A stretch of DNA of 64,000 nucleotides from Minisyncoccota bacterium (GTDB lineage: Bacteria > Patescibacteriota > Minisyncoccia > Phycocordibacterales > JABMNX01). The position numbers and the translations under genes were made by a program. Shown here piece after piece: positions 40,782 through 48,294 of the stretch (position 1 is its first letter; each line of letters starts with the position of its first letter). The DNA lies in NCBI GenBank assembly GCA_026195275.1, contig JAPHQU010000001.1, positions 12,318-76,317 of the forward strand. The letters run 5' to 3'. Under the pieces are notes generated by a model that was not told the DNA's origin, made no database searches, and saw only the letters and a list, made by a program, of their open reading frames with translations.

Positions 40782-40815
40782 AAATAAACGCCACACACGT
40801 GTGAGGCGTTTATTT
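40782..40815. terminator. Hairpin aaataaacgcc-acacacgtgtgag-gcgtttattt
   Basis: Inverted repeat with A/T flanks downstream of radC. The stem is related to the 33655 hairpin. Confidence 0.5.
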
Positions 40816-40848
40816 TGCCTGCCTGTCGGCAAACTGAGATGAAATCGG

Positions 40849-41091
40849 TTAGTTTCCCTGTATCAGAGCAAGTTTCTTGGTGCGCGTCAGCTTCTTGATC
40901 TCCGCTTCGCGCTTGAGCGCGGACGATCTGTCGGCGCACTCTTCGGTGTAGACAATGCTCCCTGCTCCTTTTGCGCGCGTGTAGTTGGAACCGGTGCCGT
41001 CCTTGTGTTGCGCGAGCCTGCGCTTGAGGTCAGTGGTAATGCCGGTATAGAGCGTGCTGTCGTTACATTCAAGAATATAGAGGAAATACAT
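40849..41091 (-). CDS. GIY-YIG nuclease-domain protein (YhbQ-like, 80 aa)
   Basis: MYFLYILECNDSTLYTGITTDLKRRLAQH has the GIY...YIG and R, E core. Confidence 0.75.
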   Translation of the reverse strand: MYFLYILECNDSTLYTGITTDLKRRLAQHKDGTGSNYTRAKGAGSIVYTEECADRSSALKREAEIKKLTRTKKLALIQGN

Positions 41092-41298
41092 ATATCATGC
41101 ACCTTGGCTACACGCCTCGGTACTAGAAAATTCTAAAGTGCTACAGCACTAAGAATTTTTGCTAGCTGGCCGAGTCGAGCCAGAACCGTGGTCGGTCAAG
41201 TCCCGTAAGGTTATTTCTAACTATTTTATTTTACCAATTCGACGGATCTCGAGCACCTCTATTCCAAAATAAATTTTAAAAGACGTTTATAAAATCTA

Positions 41299-42192
41299 TT
41301 ATTCTCCCTTAGTGTCTTTTGTTTTATCCTCGTCTTTCTTTTGTTCAGCCGCTTCTTTCTTTGCTTCGCCAAGGCTGCGTAGACTTTTTATGGTGTCCTC
41401 ACACGGAGCAATAGATGTAATCATACTAACTCCCGGTAACGAGTCCCCTGAGCTTCTCCGATTCGGTATGTAAGCAGTGATTACACCTGCTATTTTTGGT
41501 CTATTTGAGTTAGCATCTATATAAAAAACTGGTCCACCACTAACACCATTAATCGCGACACCATCTATTAGGTAGTCCCCTGAAATATGGCAACTAATAA
41601 ACCCGTGAAAGAAACATAATTGACCACTCATTAACCCAGGGTAACCACACCAGGCAACATCAACACCAGGCACAAGATAGCTACCTGAAGGTATTAATTC
41701 AATTTGAGTTTTTGGAAGGTTAAATTTTTTCGGCTTCACAAAAAGCATAACGGCTAGATCTTTTTTGGGATAAGTAAATACCGCTCGATCTTTTTCTTTA
41801 AGTAAAATTTCTTCTCCAGTAGCCTCATGTACAACCTTTATGGGTTCGCCCCATTCATGGACCCCGTCAACAACGTGATAGGCTGTAGCAATTGCACATA
41901 AATTATCATTGGTGCCAAAATTTCCTATATGGAATCCGGTGCCGTGGCCCCTTGGAGTATTCAATTTAACTACTCTATCATTTACTAGTCTCAAAGCTCC
42001 TTGCCATGTCAAAGCAATTTTTTTAGGTATTTGTGGCTGTAAAGGTTTCCTAACTGCTTTTTTAGTTGTTTTCTTTACGGTCTTCTTAGCAGTTGTCTTT
42101 CTTTTTGTTGTTCTTCTCTTTGCTGGTGCCTTCTTTGCTGCTTTTTTAGTTGTTTTCTTTTGTGCTTTTGCCATGATTTCATTATATCGCAA
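41299..42192 (-). CDS. Trypsin-like serine protease with histone-H1-like Lys/Thr-rich N-terminal tail
   Basis: N-terminal about 55 aa are AKAQKKTTKKAAKKAPAKRRTTKRKTTAKKTVKKTTKKAVRK. Protease domain with His (ATAYHVVDG) and Ser (GVSGGPVF, GDSGGP-like) motifs. Confidence 0.7.
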   Translation of the reverse strand: MRYNEIMAKAQKKTTKKAAKKAPAKRRTTKRKTTAKKTVKKTTKKAVRKPLQPQIPKKIALTWQGALRLVNDRVVKLNTPRGHGTGFHIGNFGTNDNLCAIATAYHVVDGVHEWGEPIKVVHEATGEEILLKEKDRAVFTYPKKDLAVMLFVKPKKFNLPKTQIELIPSGSYLVPGVDVAWCGYPGLMSGQLCFFHGFISCHISGDYLIDGVAINGVSGGPVFYIDANSNRPKIAGVITAYIPNRRSSGDSLPGVSMITSIAPCEDTIKSLRSLGEAKKEAAEQKKDEDKTKDTKGE

Positions 42193-42274
42193 CCATCATA
42201 TTTATATAGCAAGTTGCCTACAACGCTCTCTGAGCGCACGAGGTCGCTACGCGACTTGAGCTAGCTCTAACGGG

Positions 42275-42325
42275 CTGCCCGGCAGGGAATCGAACCCCGA
42301 TTTTTGGTGCCAGAAACCAACGTCC
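42275..42325 (-). other. tRNA-Gln(CTG)-like 3' fragment (positions about 22-73 only)
   Basis: Minus-strand GGACG-TTGGT-TTCTGGC-ACCAA-AAAT-CGGGG-TTCGATT-CCCTG-CCGGGCA-G has an intact anticodon arm (CTG), T arm and 3' acceptor strand. No matching 5' acceptor or D-stem lies upstream. Confidence 0.45.
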
Positions 42326-42376
42326 TATAAGTGAGCGAGTGAGCGTCATAAACAAGTGAATATTTCCCGCTCAAAG

Positions 42377-42447
42377 CTGCCGGACTTGGACTCGAACCAA
42401 GATTAACTGGACCAGAACCAGTCGTCCTACCATTAGACGATCCGGCA
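42377..42447 (-). tRNA. tRNA-Gln (anticodon CTG)
   Basis: Minus-strand TGCCGGA-TC-GTCT-AATGGTA-GGAC-G-ACTGG-TTCTGGT-CCAGT-TAAT-CTTGG-TTCGAGT-CCAAG-TCCGGCA-G. All stems pair and U1-A72 is present as in bacterial tRNA-Gln. CCA not encoded. Confidence 0.75.
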
Positions 42448-42510
42448 GCTTTGAGCACGAAGCGGGTGTATGAAGTTATTTATGACCGAGCGATCGAAAC
42501 TTATATAGTT

Positions 42511-42534
42511 TCTATACCGTTAGACGACCAGGCA
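42511..42534 (-). other. tRNA-Gln-like 5' fragment (acceptor 5' strand plus D arm, positions about 1-21)
   Basis: Minus-strand TGCCTGG-TC-GTCT-AACGGTA then diverges. Near-identical to the 5' end of the complete tRNA-Gln. Its acceptor 5' strand would pair (one G-U) with the 3' strand of the fragment at 42275-42325. Confidence 0.4.
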
Positions 42535-42623
42535 ATTTTTCTAAAGAATCCTAAAGAAAAAGCGCTACCAAGCGCATAGCTATAGTAGCACATTTTTTCT
42601 TTTTGTTGAGCCCCCTGATTCGC

Positions 42624-42899
42624 CTAGCTACGCTCCTTCTTGAAACAGTCGAGGCACTTGAGGTTGCCGGTGTCACGTGGCTGGAATGGAAGCTCGGTGA
42701 TCGCTCCTCCGCAGCCGGCGCATTTCCAGTCGCCCTTGTGCATGGTGCGCTCGGCACGAGGTGTGTCATTTCCACCATTTCCACCAGCTCCTTTGGCGAA
42801 GCATGACTTGCATTTCAAACCTGCGGTGTTCCGCGGCTCGAATGGAAGCTCGGTGATCGCTCCTCCACATCCACTACATGTCCAATTTCCTTGATGCAT
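42624..42899 (-). CDS. Small protein with two tandem CxxC...CxxC zinc-ribbon repeats
   Basis: MHQGNWTCSGCGGAITELPFEPRNTAGLKCKSCF / MHKGDWKCAGCGGAITELPFQPRDTGNLKCLDCF is an internal duplication of about 40 aa, each copy with four Cys. Chosen over the overlapping plus-strand ORF 42640-42894 because of the repeat and Cys conservation. Confidence 0.5.
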   Translation of the reverse strand: MHQGNWTCSGCGGAITELPFEPRNTAGLKCKSCFAKGAGGNGGNDTPRAERTMHKGDWKCAGCGGAITELPFQPRDTGNLKCLDCFKKERS

Positions 42900-42941
42900 A
42901 TTTCTATTTACGTTCTTCTTTAATGGTTTCTACTATATCAC

Positions 42942-44621
42942 TTATTTGCGCTTCGTGCGTTTTGCTCCCTTTTTCTTATCACCCATTGCCGTCTTAATAA
43001 ACGCGGTGAAGAGCGGGTGCGGATCAAGTGGACGCGCCAGAAACTCCGGGTGAAACTGCGTCCCGAGGAAGAACGGGTGGAGACTCGAAGGAAGCTCGGC
43101 AATCTCCATAAGCCGCTTGTCCGGTGAGACACCCGAGAAGACAAGGTCGCGCGAGGCGAGCTCTTCGGCATACTCCGGGTTCACCTCGTAGCGGTGACGG
43201 TGTCGCTCGTGGGCAATCTCTGTGCCATACGCGCGACGCGCGATAGTGCCCTTCTTGAGATATGCCGGGTAGGTGCCGAGGCGCATAGTGCCGCCGTAGT
43301 CTGCCTTGGCGAGCTTTTTCTTCTGGTCGGGCATGATATCGATAACCAGACTCTCTCCTTTCGGATCAATCTCGGCGGTCTGAGCGTTTTTTATACCAAG
43401 CACATTGCGCGCGTACTCGATCACCAAGAGCTGCATGCCGTAGCAGAGTCCAAAGTACGGGATCTTGTTTTCGCGCACATACTCAATCACATTAAGCTTG
43501 CCTTCTATTCCAGACTCGCCGAAGCCACCCGGCACAATAACACCGTCATACTTTTTGAGTTCCGTAAGCTTGCGCTTGTTCTTCTCAAAGTCACGCGAGT
43601 TGAGCCAGTGAATGTCTGGTGTTGCGCCGAGCTTGTAGGCGGAATACTTGATCGCTTCGATAACCGAGATGTACGAGTCCGAGAGCGTAAAATCGCCCGT
43701 GCCAAAATACTTGCCGACGATTGCGATCTTAACCGGGTGCGAGGTCCCCTTCACCTTCTTTACAAAATTTTTCCAGCTGGTGAGGTTGGTCTTCTTTACG
43801 CGCTCACGAAGCCCGAGTTTCTCGACGAGGATGTGCCCGAGATTGTCGCGCTCGAAGTTGATCGGCACATCATACACACTCTCAATGTCGGGGGCTGAGA
43901 TAACATCCTCGGTGCGCATACTGCACGAGACCGCAATCTTTTCTTTGCGCCGTTTATCAAGCGGAACCTCCGAGCGCGCAATCACCACATCGGGTTGCAC
44001 GCCGTACGAATAGAGTTGGCGAATGGCGTTCTGGGTCGGGCGCGTCTTCATCTCACCGAGCTTGCCGGGGATCGGGAGGTAAGAAACCATTACAAAAATA
44101 ACATTGTCCGGGTGCATCATCCGCATGACGCGCCCCGCCTCGAAGAAAAGTGAGTTTTGAAAATCGCCGATGGTGCCGCCAATCTCAATGACCGAGATCT
44201 CGGATCCATTTACATCAGCTGCCGCCTGAATGCGGCGGACGATCTCATCGCGAATGTGTGGGATCGCCTCAACACACTTGCCGCCATAGCCTAAGTTACG
44301 CTCCTTCTCGATCACGTGCTTGTAGACCATGCCGCTGGTGATGTAGTTCTCTTCGCCGAGGCTCTTGCCTAAGAAACGCTCGTAGTTGCCCATATCCTGG
44401 TCGGTCTCAAGGCCGCTCTCAAGCACAAACGCTTCGCCATGCTCGGTCGGGTTCATGGTGCCGGCGTCCACATTGAGGTACGGGTCGACTTTGACGAGGT
44501 TCACATTAAAACCCCTCGATTGGAGGATTTTTCCTATCGAGGATGTGGCGATACCTTTCCCGACACCAGACATGACTCCCCCGACAACGAAAATATACTT
44601 GTGATCCTTCTTTTTTGGCAT
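42942..44621 (-). CDS. pyrG: CTP synthase PyrG
   Basis: MPKKKDHKYIFVVGGVMSGVGKG. GATase C-terminal domain with GLCYGMQ. Lys-rich C-terminal tail. Confidence 0.95.
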   Translation of the reverse strand: MPKKKDHKYIFVVGGVMSGVGKGIATSSIGKILQSRGFNVNLVKVDPYLNVDAGTMNPTEHGEAFVLESGLETDQDMGNYERFLGKSLGEENYITSGMVYKHVIEKERNLGYGGKCVEAIPHIRDEIVRRIQAAADVNGSEISVIEIGGTIGDFQNSLFFEAGRVMRMMHPDNVIFVMVSYLPIPGKLGEMKTRPTQNAIRQLYSYGVQPDVVIARSEVPLDKRRKEKIAVSCSMRTEDVISAPDIESVYDVPINFERDNLGHILVEKLGLRERVKKTNLTSWKNFVKKVKGTSHPVKIAIVGKYFGTGDFTLSDSYISVIEAIKYSAYKLGATPDIHWLNSRDFEKNKRKLTELKKYDGVIVPGGFGESGIEGKLNVIEYVRENKIPYFGLCYGMQLLVIEYARNVLGIKNAQTAEIDPKGESLVIDIMPDQKKKLAKADYGGTMRLGTYPAYLKKGTIARRAYGTEIAHERHRHRYEVNPEYAEELASRDLVFSGVSPDKRLMEIAELPSSLHPFFLGTQFHPEFLARPLDPHPLFTAFIKTAMGDKKKGAKRTKRK

Positions 44622-44623
44622 GA

Positions 44624-45550
44624 TCAGACCTTCAGGTATCTACGGACTGCCAAGAAACTTGATACTGCACCAAGAACAACGCCGGTGCCAACAATAATGA
44701 GGAAGATCTGCCCGAAGTTGTCGAGGTAGTACTGGAATATATTGATGTCATTAAAGAAACCTTCGGTGATCGGCCCGAGCCAAAGCGTGAGTGGGTAGAA
44801 AAGAATAAGCGTGAGGAACGCTGCCGCAACGCCATAGAGTACACCCTCGAACATGAATGGGCCGCGCACATACCAGTTGCCGGCACCGACGAGCTTCATC
44901 ACTGAAATCTCATCACGTGCGGTGTAGATTGCGAGTCGAATCGTATTAAAGGTAATCATGACCGAGGCGAGCAAAAGGAAGAGAATGATTGCAATACCGA
45001 AGCGCTCGGACGTGTCGATAACACTGGTGAGGCGATCGATTGCAACTTTATTCTGGAAATAGTTGATCTTCTCGACAATCGGCTCTTCACCGGCTGATAC
45101 GGCGACATCGTGCTGAAGAAAATTCGCGATCCCCTCATACTGCGAGGTCTCTCTTGCGCGAATGGAGAGCGATGCACCGAGCGGGTTCTCACCGAGCTCG
45201 TCGAGTGCCTGGAGGGTGAGCTGGTCACCTTCGTGGCGCAAACGGAAGTCCTCGAGCGCCTGCTCTCGTGAGGTGTATTCAGCTGATTTCACTTCGGGAA
45301 GCGCCTCGATCTGTTTCTTTAATGAAAGGATGTTCCCCTCGGGCGCGGTCGTGACAAAGTAGACATTGATGTCGACCTTATCTCTGACCTGCTCGAGCGT
45401 AGTGTTAAGCAGTGCGCCAATAAAGATAAGTGAACCAATCACAAAGAGTGTGATCGCCATAACAACAATAGCGGAGAGGGAGACGAAGCTATTTCGGATG
45501 AATCCGACTGAACCGTATTTGATGATTCGCTTTGCGTTCGTCCACCACAT
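44624..45550 (-). CDS. ftsX: Cell-division ABC permease FtsX
   Basis: Four-TM FtsX architecture with a periplasmic loop, downstream of ftsE. Likely start MWWTNAKRIIKYG at 45550. Confidence 0.8.
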   Translation of the reverse strand: MWWTNAKRIIKYGSVGFIRNSFVSLSAIVVMAITLFVIGSLIFIGALLNTTLEQVRDKVDINVYFVTTAPEGNILSLKKQIEALPEVKSAEYTSREQALEDFRLRHEGDQLTLQALDELGENPLGASLSIRARETSQYEGIANFLQHDVAVSAGEEPIVEKINYFQNKVAIDRLTSVIDTSERFGIAIILFLLLASVMITFNTIRLAIYTARDEISVMKLVGAGNWYVRGPFMFEGVLYGVAAAFLTLILFYPLTLWLGPITEGFFNDINIFQYYLDNFGQIFLIIVGTGVVLGAVSSFLAVRRYLKV

Positions 45551-45739
45551 GATGTCTCTAGTATACCTCGATAGTCCTGCCTGGTGAAGTGTTGATACCT
45601 CTTCACCCCGCAGACTCAGAGCATGTCTCAAAAATCACCCATTCCAAGGCGCCGAGCCGCTGCTGTACGAGACGTATCGGGCATACGATGAGTATAGCGC
45701 GGCATTGGCAACGCAGGAATTGGTGTTTTTTGAACGTGC

Positions 45740-46420
45740 TTATAATGAATAGCGGCCGCTTTTGTCGTCCCTCACCACTCGCCCGCTATCCATGGTGACC
45801 ACACGGCGACCGAGAGAGTCGATCACGCCCTTGTTGTGGGTTGTAAGGATAACCGTGGTGCCGAGGTCGTTGATTTTCTTAAGGATCTGTACGATATCAA
45901 ACGTGCTGACCGGGTCGAGGTTGCCGGTCGGCTCGTCAGCAATGACAACGTCCGGCTGGTTCACGATTGCGCGCGCGATCGCAACACGTTGCTGCTCACC
46001 GCCGGAGAGTTCACGCGGGAAATTCCAGATCTTATCACCCAAATCAACAAGGTCGAGTACATACGGCACATCAGTCGCGATTTCTTCTTCACTTCTCCCT
46101 GCAGCCTCCATGGCAAATGCGATATTCTCATACGCGGTCTTATTCGGGATGAGACGAAAATCCTGAAAGACCATCCCCATCCGCTGACGAAGCTTGTTGA
46201 GGTCACCTCGAGCAAGGTTGTTGATGTTGGTTGATTCGAAGAAGATTGAGCCTTCGGTTGGGTGGTCTTCCGCGAGAAGCATCTTAAGGAGTGTGGTCTT
46301 GCCGGCGCCGGAGTGCCCAACAATAGAAACGAACTCGGACGGCTCGATAGAGAGTGTTACCTCTTCGAGTGCCGACTCGCCACCGTTGTAGATTTTTGAA
46401 ACGTTATCGAAGTAAATCAT
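45740..46420 (-). CDS. ftsE: Cell-division ATP-binding protein FtsE
   Basis: [14 protein letters not shown]. Walker [27 protein letters not shown]. Walker [13 protein letters not shown]. Confidence 0.9.
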   Translation of the reverse strand: MIYFDNVSKIYNGGESALEEVTLSIEPSEFVSIVGHSGAGKTTLLKMLLAEDHPTEGSIFFESTNINNLARGDLNKLRQRMGMVFQDFRLIPNKTAYENIAFAMEAAGRSEEEIATDVPYVLDLVDLGDKIWNFPRELSGGEQQRVAIARAIVNQPDVVIADEPTGNLDPVSTFDIVQILKKINDLGTTVILTTHNKGVIDSLGRRVVTMDSGRVVRDDKSGRYSL

Positions 46421-46567
46421 GTCTAGGGATTAAGTGTTAGCCCGACGCTCCGGGTCGGGATCCCGACTTCACGTCGGAAGTTTTAGGTGATTAGGAACGT
46501 TCAAACCTTATTACGCTATTCTACTAAAGGTGGAGGCGAGAGTCTAGGAAACGGCGAGCACATACGT

Positions 46568-47446
46568 CTACAGTTCCCTCTCTGCGTCAATGAATTCTTG
46601 CACATCCCCATCAAGAACTGCATCAACGTCGCGCACCTCAGTGTTCGTGCGGTGGTCTTTGACCATCTGGTAGGGATGGAGTACGTAGGATCGAATCTGG
46701 CTCCCCCACTCAATCTCAGTGGTCTTTGAGACAGCAAGTCCGCGCGCTTCGCGGTCGCGGTCTTCTTCAGCTTTACGCGCGAGTTTACCTTTAAGGATCT
46801 CGAGCGCCTTCTCTTTGTTCTGCGCTTGTGAGCGCTCGGACTCGACATGGACTGCGATATTAGTCGGGGTGTGTACGATTCGCACCGCCGTGTCGCGCTT
46901 ATTCACGTTTTGCCCGCCGGGGCCACTTGAGCGCGCAAAGGAAATGTCGAGCTCTGATTCATCGAGTTCAACACCGGCCGTCTTGGGGATCTCGGGCACC
47001 ACCTCAACCATTGAAAATGATGTGTGCCGCTGCTTCTTAGAACTAAAAGGTGAGATACGTACGAGCCGGTGCACGCCGGACTCGTTCTTGAGTGCGCCGT
47101 AGACATTCTTACCGACTACCTCGAAGGTGATGTTGCGATAACCGCCGTGGTCATTCTCGTTTTGATGTAGGATACTCGTCTCCCATCCACGACCCTCACA
47201 GTACTTGAAATACATCCGAAGAAGCATTGCTGAGAAATCTTCAGCATCATCGCCGCCCGCACCGGAGAAGATCGTGATGATCGCGTTCCCACGGTCGTAC
47301 ACGCTGCCTCCCTCAGCTTCTGCTTTGAGTTCTTGAAGCTCTTTGATAATGGCTTGTGCACGGTCTTTATCGGCCCAGAAGTCGGACTTCAACATCTCCG
47401 CTTCAAGCTCGTCGATCTTCTTTTGTAGGTCTGCTTTCTCGGTCAT
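46568..47446 (-). CDS. prfB: Peptide chain release factor 2 (RF2), short N-terminal domain, no programmed frameshift evident
   Basis: SPF tripeptide (RISPFSSKK) specific to RF2. GGQ motif (SSGPGGQNVNK). 292 aa in a single ORF, about 70 aa shorter at the N-terminus than E. coli RF2. Confidence 0.85.
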   Translation of the reverse strand: MTEKADLQKKIDELEAEMLKSDFWADKDRAQAIIKELQELKAEAEGGSVYDRGNAIITIFSGAGGDDAEDFSAMLLRMYFKYCEGRGWETSILHQNENDHGGYRNITFEVVGKNVYGALKNESGVHRLVRISPFSSKKQRHTSFSMVEVVPEIPKTAGVELDESELDISFARSSGPGGQNVNKRDTAVRIVHTPTNIAVHVESERSQAQNKEKALEILKGKLARKAEEDRDREARGLAVSKTTEIEWGSQIRSYVLHPYQMVKDHRTNTEVRDVDAVLDGDVQEFIDAEREL

Positions 47447-47482
47447 AATATAGATATATCAAGTATAACAGACTTAAATACA

Positions 47483-47522
47483 CAAGGACCGCCCTTGTAT
47501 TTTGTACAAGGGCGGTCCTTGT
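47483..47522. terminator. Hairpin caaggaccgcccttgta-tttt-gtacaagggcggtccttg
   Basis: Perfect 17-bp inverted repeat between the tRNA-Thr genes and the prfB start. Confidence 0.6.
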
Positions 47523-47536
47523 ATACGCTTCGTTTC

Positions 47537-47611
47537 GGAGCCACCTCGCGGGTTCGAACCGCGGACCTTCTCGTTACGAGTGAGATGCTCTACCAACTGA
47601 GCTAAGGTGGC
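47537..47611 (-). tRNA. tRNA-Thr (anticodon CGT)
   Basis: Minus-strand GCCACCT-TA-GCTC-AGTTGGTA-GAGC-A-TCTCA-CTCGTAA-CGAGA-AGGTC-CGCGG-TTCGAAC-CCGCG-AGGTGGC-T-CC. All stems pair. Confidence 0.8.
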
Positions 47612-47647
47612 ATCGGAGCGCACGGAGAATCACGCACCGACGCTTCC

Positions 47648-47723
47648 TGGAGCCACCCGCCGGGATTGAACCGGCGACCTCACCCTTACCATGGGTGCGC
47701 TCTACCAACTGAGCTAGGGCGGC
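47648..47723 (-). tRNA. tRNA-Thr (anticodon GGT)
   Basis: Minus-strand GCCGCCC-TA-GCTC-AGTTGGTA-GAGC-G-CACCC-ATGGTAA-GGGTG-AGGTC-GCCGG-TTCAATC-CCGGC-GGGTGGC-T-CCA. CCA encoded. Confidence 0.8.
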
Positions 47724-47805
47724 TTATTTCAATACTTTGATAGCAGCTGCTATCATAGCATGTAATTTTTTATTGTAAAAATATATCGTAATAATGTCAT
47801 AAACC

Positions 47806-47850
47806 AAGAAAAATAAATACCCCGCACATGCGGGGTATTTATTTTTCTTG
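47806..47850. terminator. Hairpin caagaaaaataaataccccgc-acat-gcggggtatttatttttcttg
   Basis: Perfect 21-bp inverted repeat immediately 3' of tRNA-Met on the minus strand. Confidence 0.6.
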
Positions 47851-47921
47851 TTGCGGGGCCTGGAATCGAACCAGGGTCTGGAGGTTATGAGCCTCCCGAG
47901 GTACCTCTCCTCTACCCCGCG
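47851..47921 (-). tRNA. tRNA-Met (anticodon CAT), initiator-like (C1·A72 mismatch)
   Basis: Minus-strand CGCGGGG-TA-GAGG-AGAGGTA-CCTC-G-GGAGG-CTCATAA-CCTCC-AGAC-CCTGG-TTCGATT-CCAGG-CCCCGCA-A. The first acceptor pair is the C-A mismatch characteristic of bacterial initiator tRNA. Confidence 0.75.
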
Positions 47922-47960
47922 ATATAACTATTTTTAGAGAGTATTTCTCCTTGATCAGTC

Positions 47961-48028
47961 CATAACCTCCAGAGGTTATGAGTCATTTGATCTTTCTGCG
48001 AGGTACCTCTCCTCTACCCCGCGATATA
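47961..48028 (-). pseudogene. Partial duplicate of tRNA-Met (5' acceptor strand plus D arm, then rearranged anticodon-arm remnant)
   Basis: The 30 nt cgaggtacctctcctctaccccgcgatata at 47999-48028 is identical to 47897-47926 (tRNA-Met positions 1 to about 26 plus leader). It is followed by a degenerate segment containing CTCATAACC and a perfect palindrome ccataacctc/gaggttatgg. Confidence 0.5.
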
Positions 48029-48180
48029 TCTTCATGCTTCGAGTTGAGGAGCTCATAAAAACGCTCTACGAGCGCTTGAAGAAAAGATACCACAGTATCA
48101 AACATGACGCAATGAAACGTTGAACAATCCCTGGTTTAATGGTATTTTATTGATACGAGCTCGAAAGAGCTCTTTTCCTT

Positions 48181-48257
48181 GCCGGGGTAGCTCAGTTGGT
48201 TAGAGCGTAGGACTCATAAACCTAAGGTCGGCAGTTCAATTCTGCCCCTCGGCACCA
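48181..48257 (+). tRNA. tRNA with anticodon CAT (elongator Met or Ile2-lysidine type)
   Basis: GCCGGGG-TA-GCTC-AGTTGGTTA-GAGC-G-TAGGA-CTCATAA-ACCTA-AGGTC-GGCAG-TTCAATT-CTGCC-CCTCGGC-A-CCA. CCA encoded. Confidence 0.75.
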
Positions 48258-48294
48258 AGACAGAGCCTACTTTTTTTGGTAGACTTTGTCTCAT

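Noticed and set aside
41092-41298. Possible tmRNA or tRNA-like element (gtggtcggtcaagtcccg) and an imperfect palindrome in the GIY-YIG to protease intergenic region
   Set aside because: There is no acceptor, D or anticodon architecture and no tmRNA tag-coding signature. It is probably just an imperfect terminator hairpin.
42640-42894. Plus-strand 84 aa ORF overlapping the tandem zinc-ribbon gene
   Set aside because: The minus-strand frame has the duplicated four-Cys repeat structure and the plus frame is Pro/Ala-rich low complexity. Only one of the two can be real.
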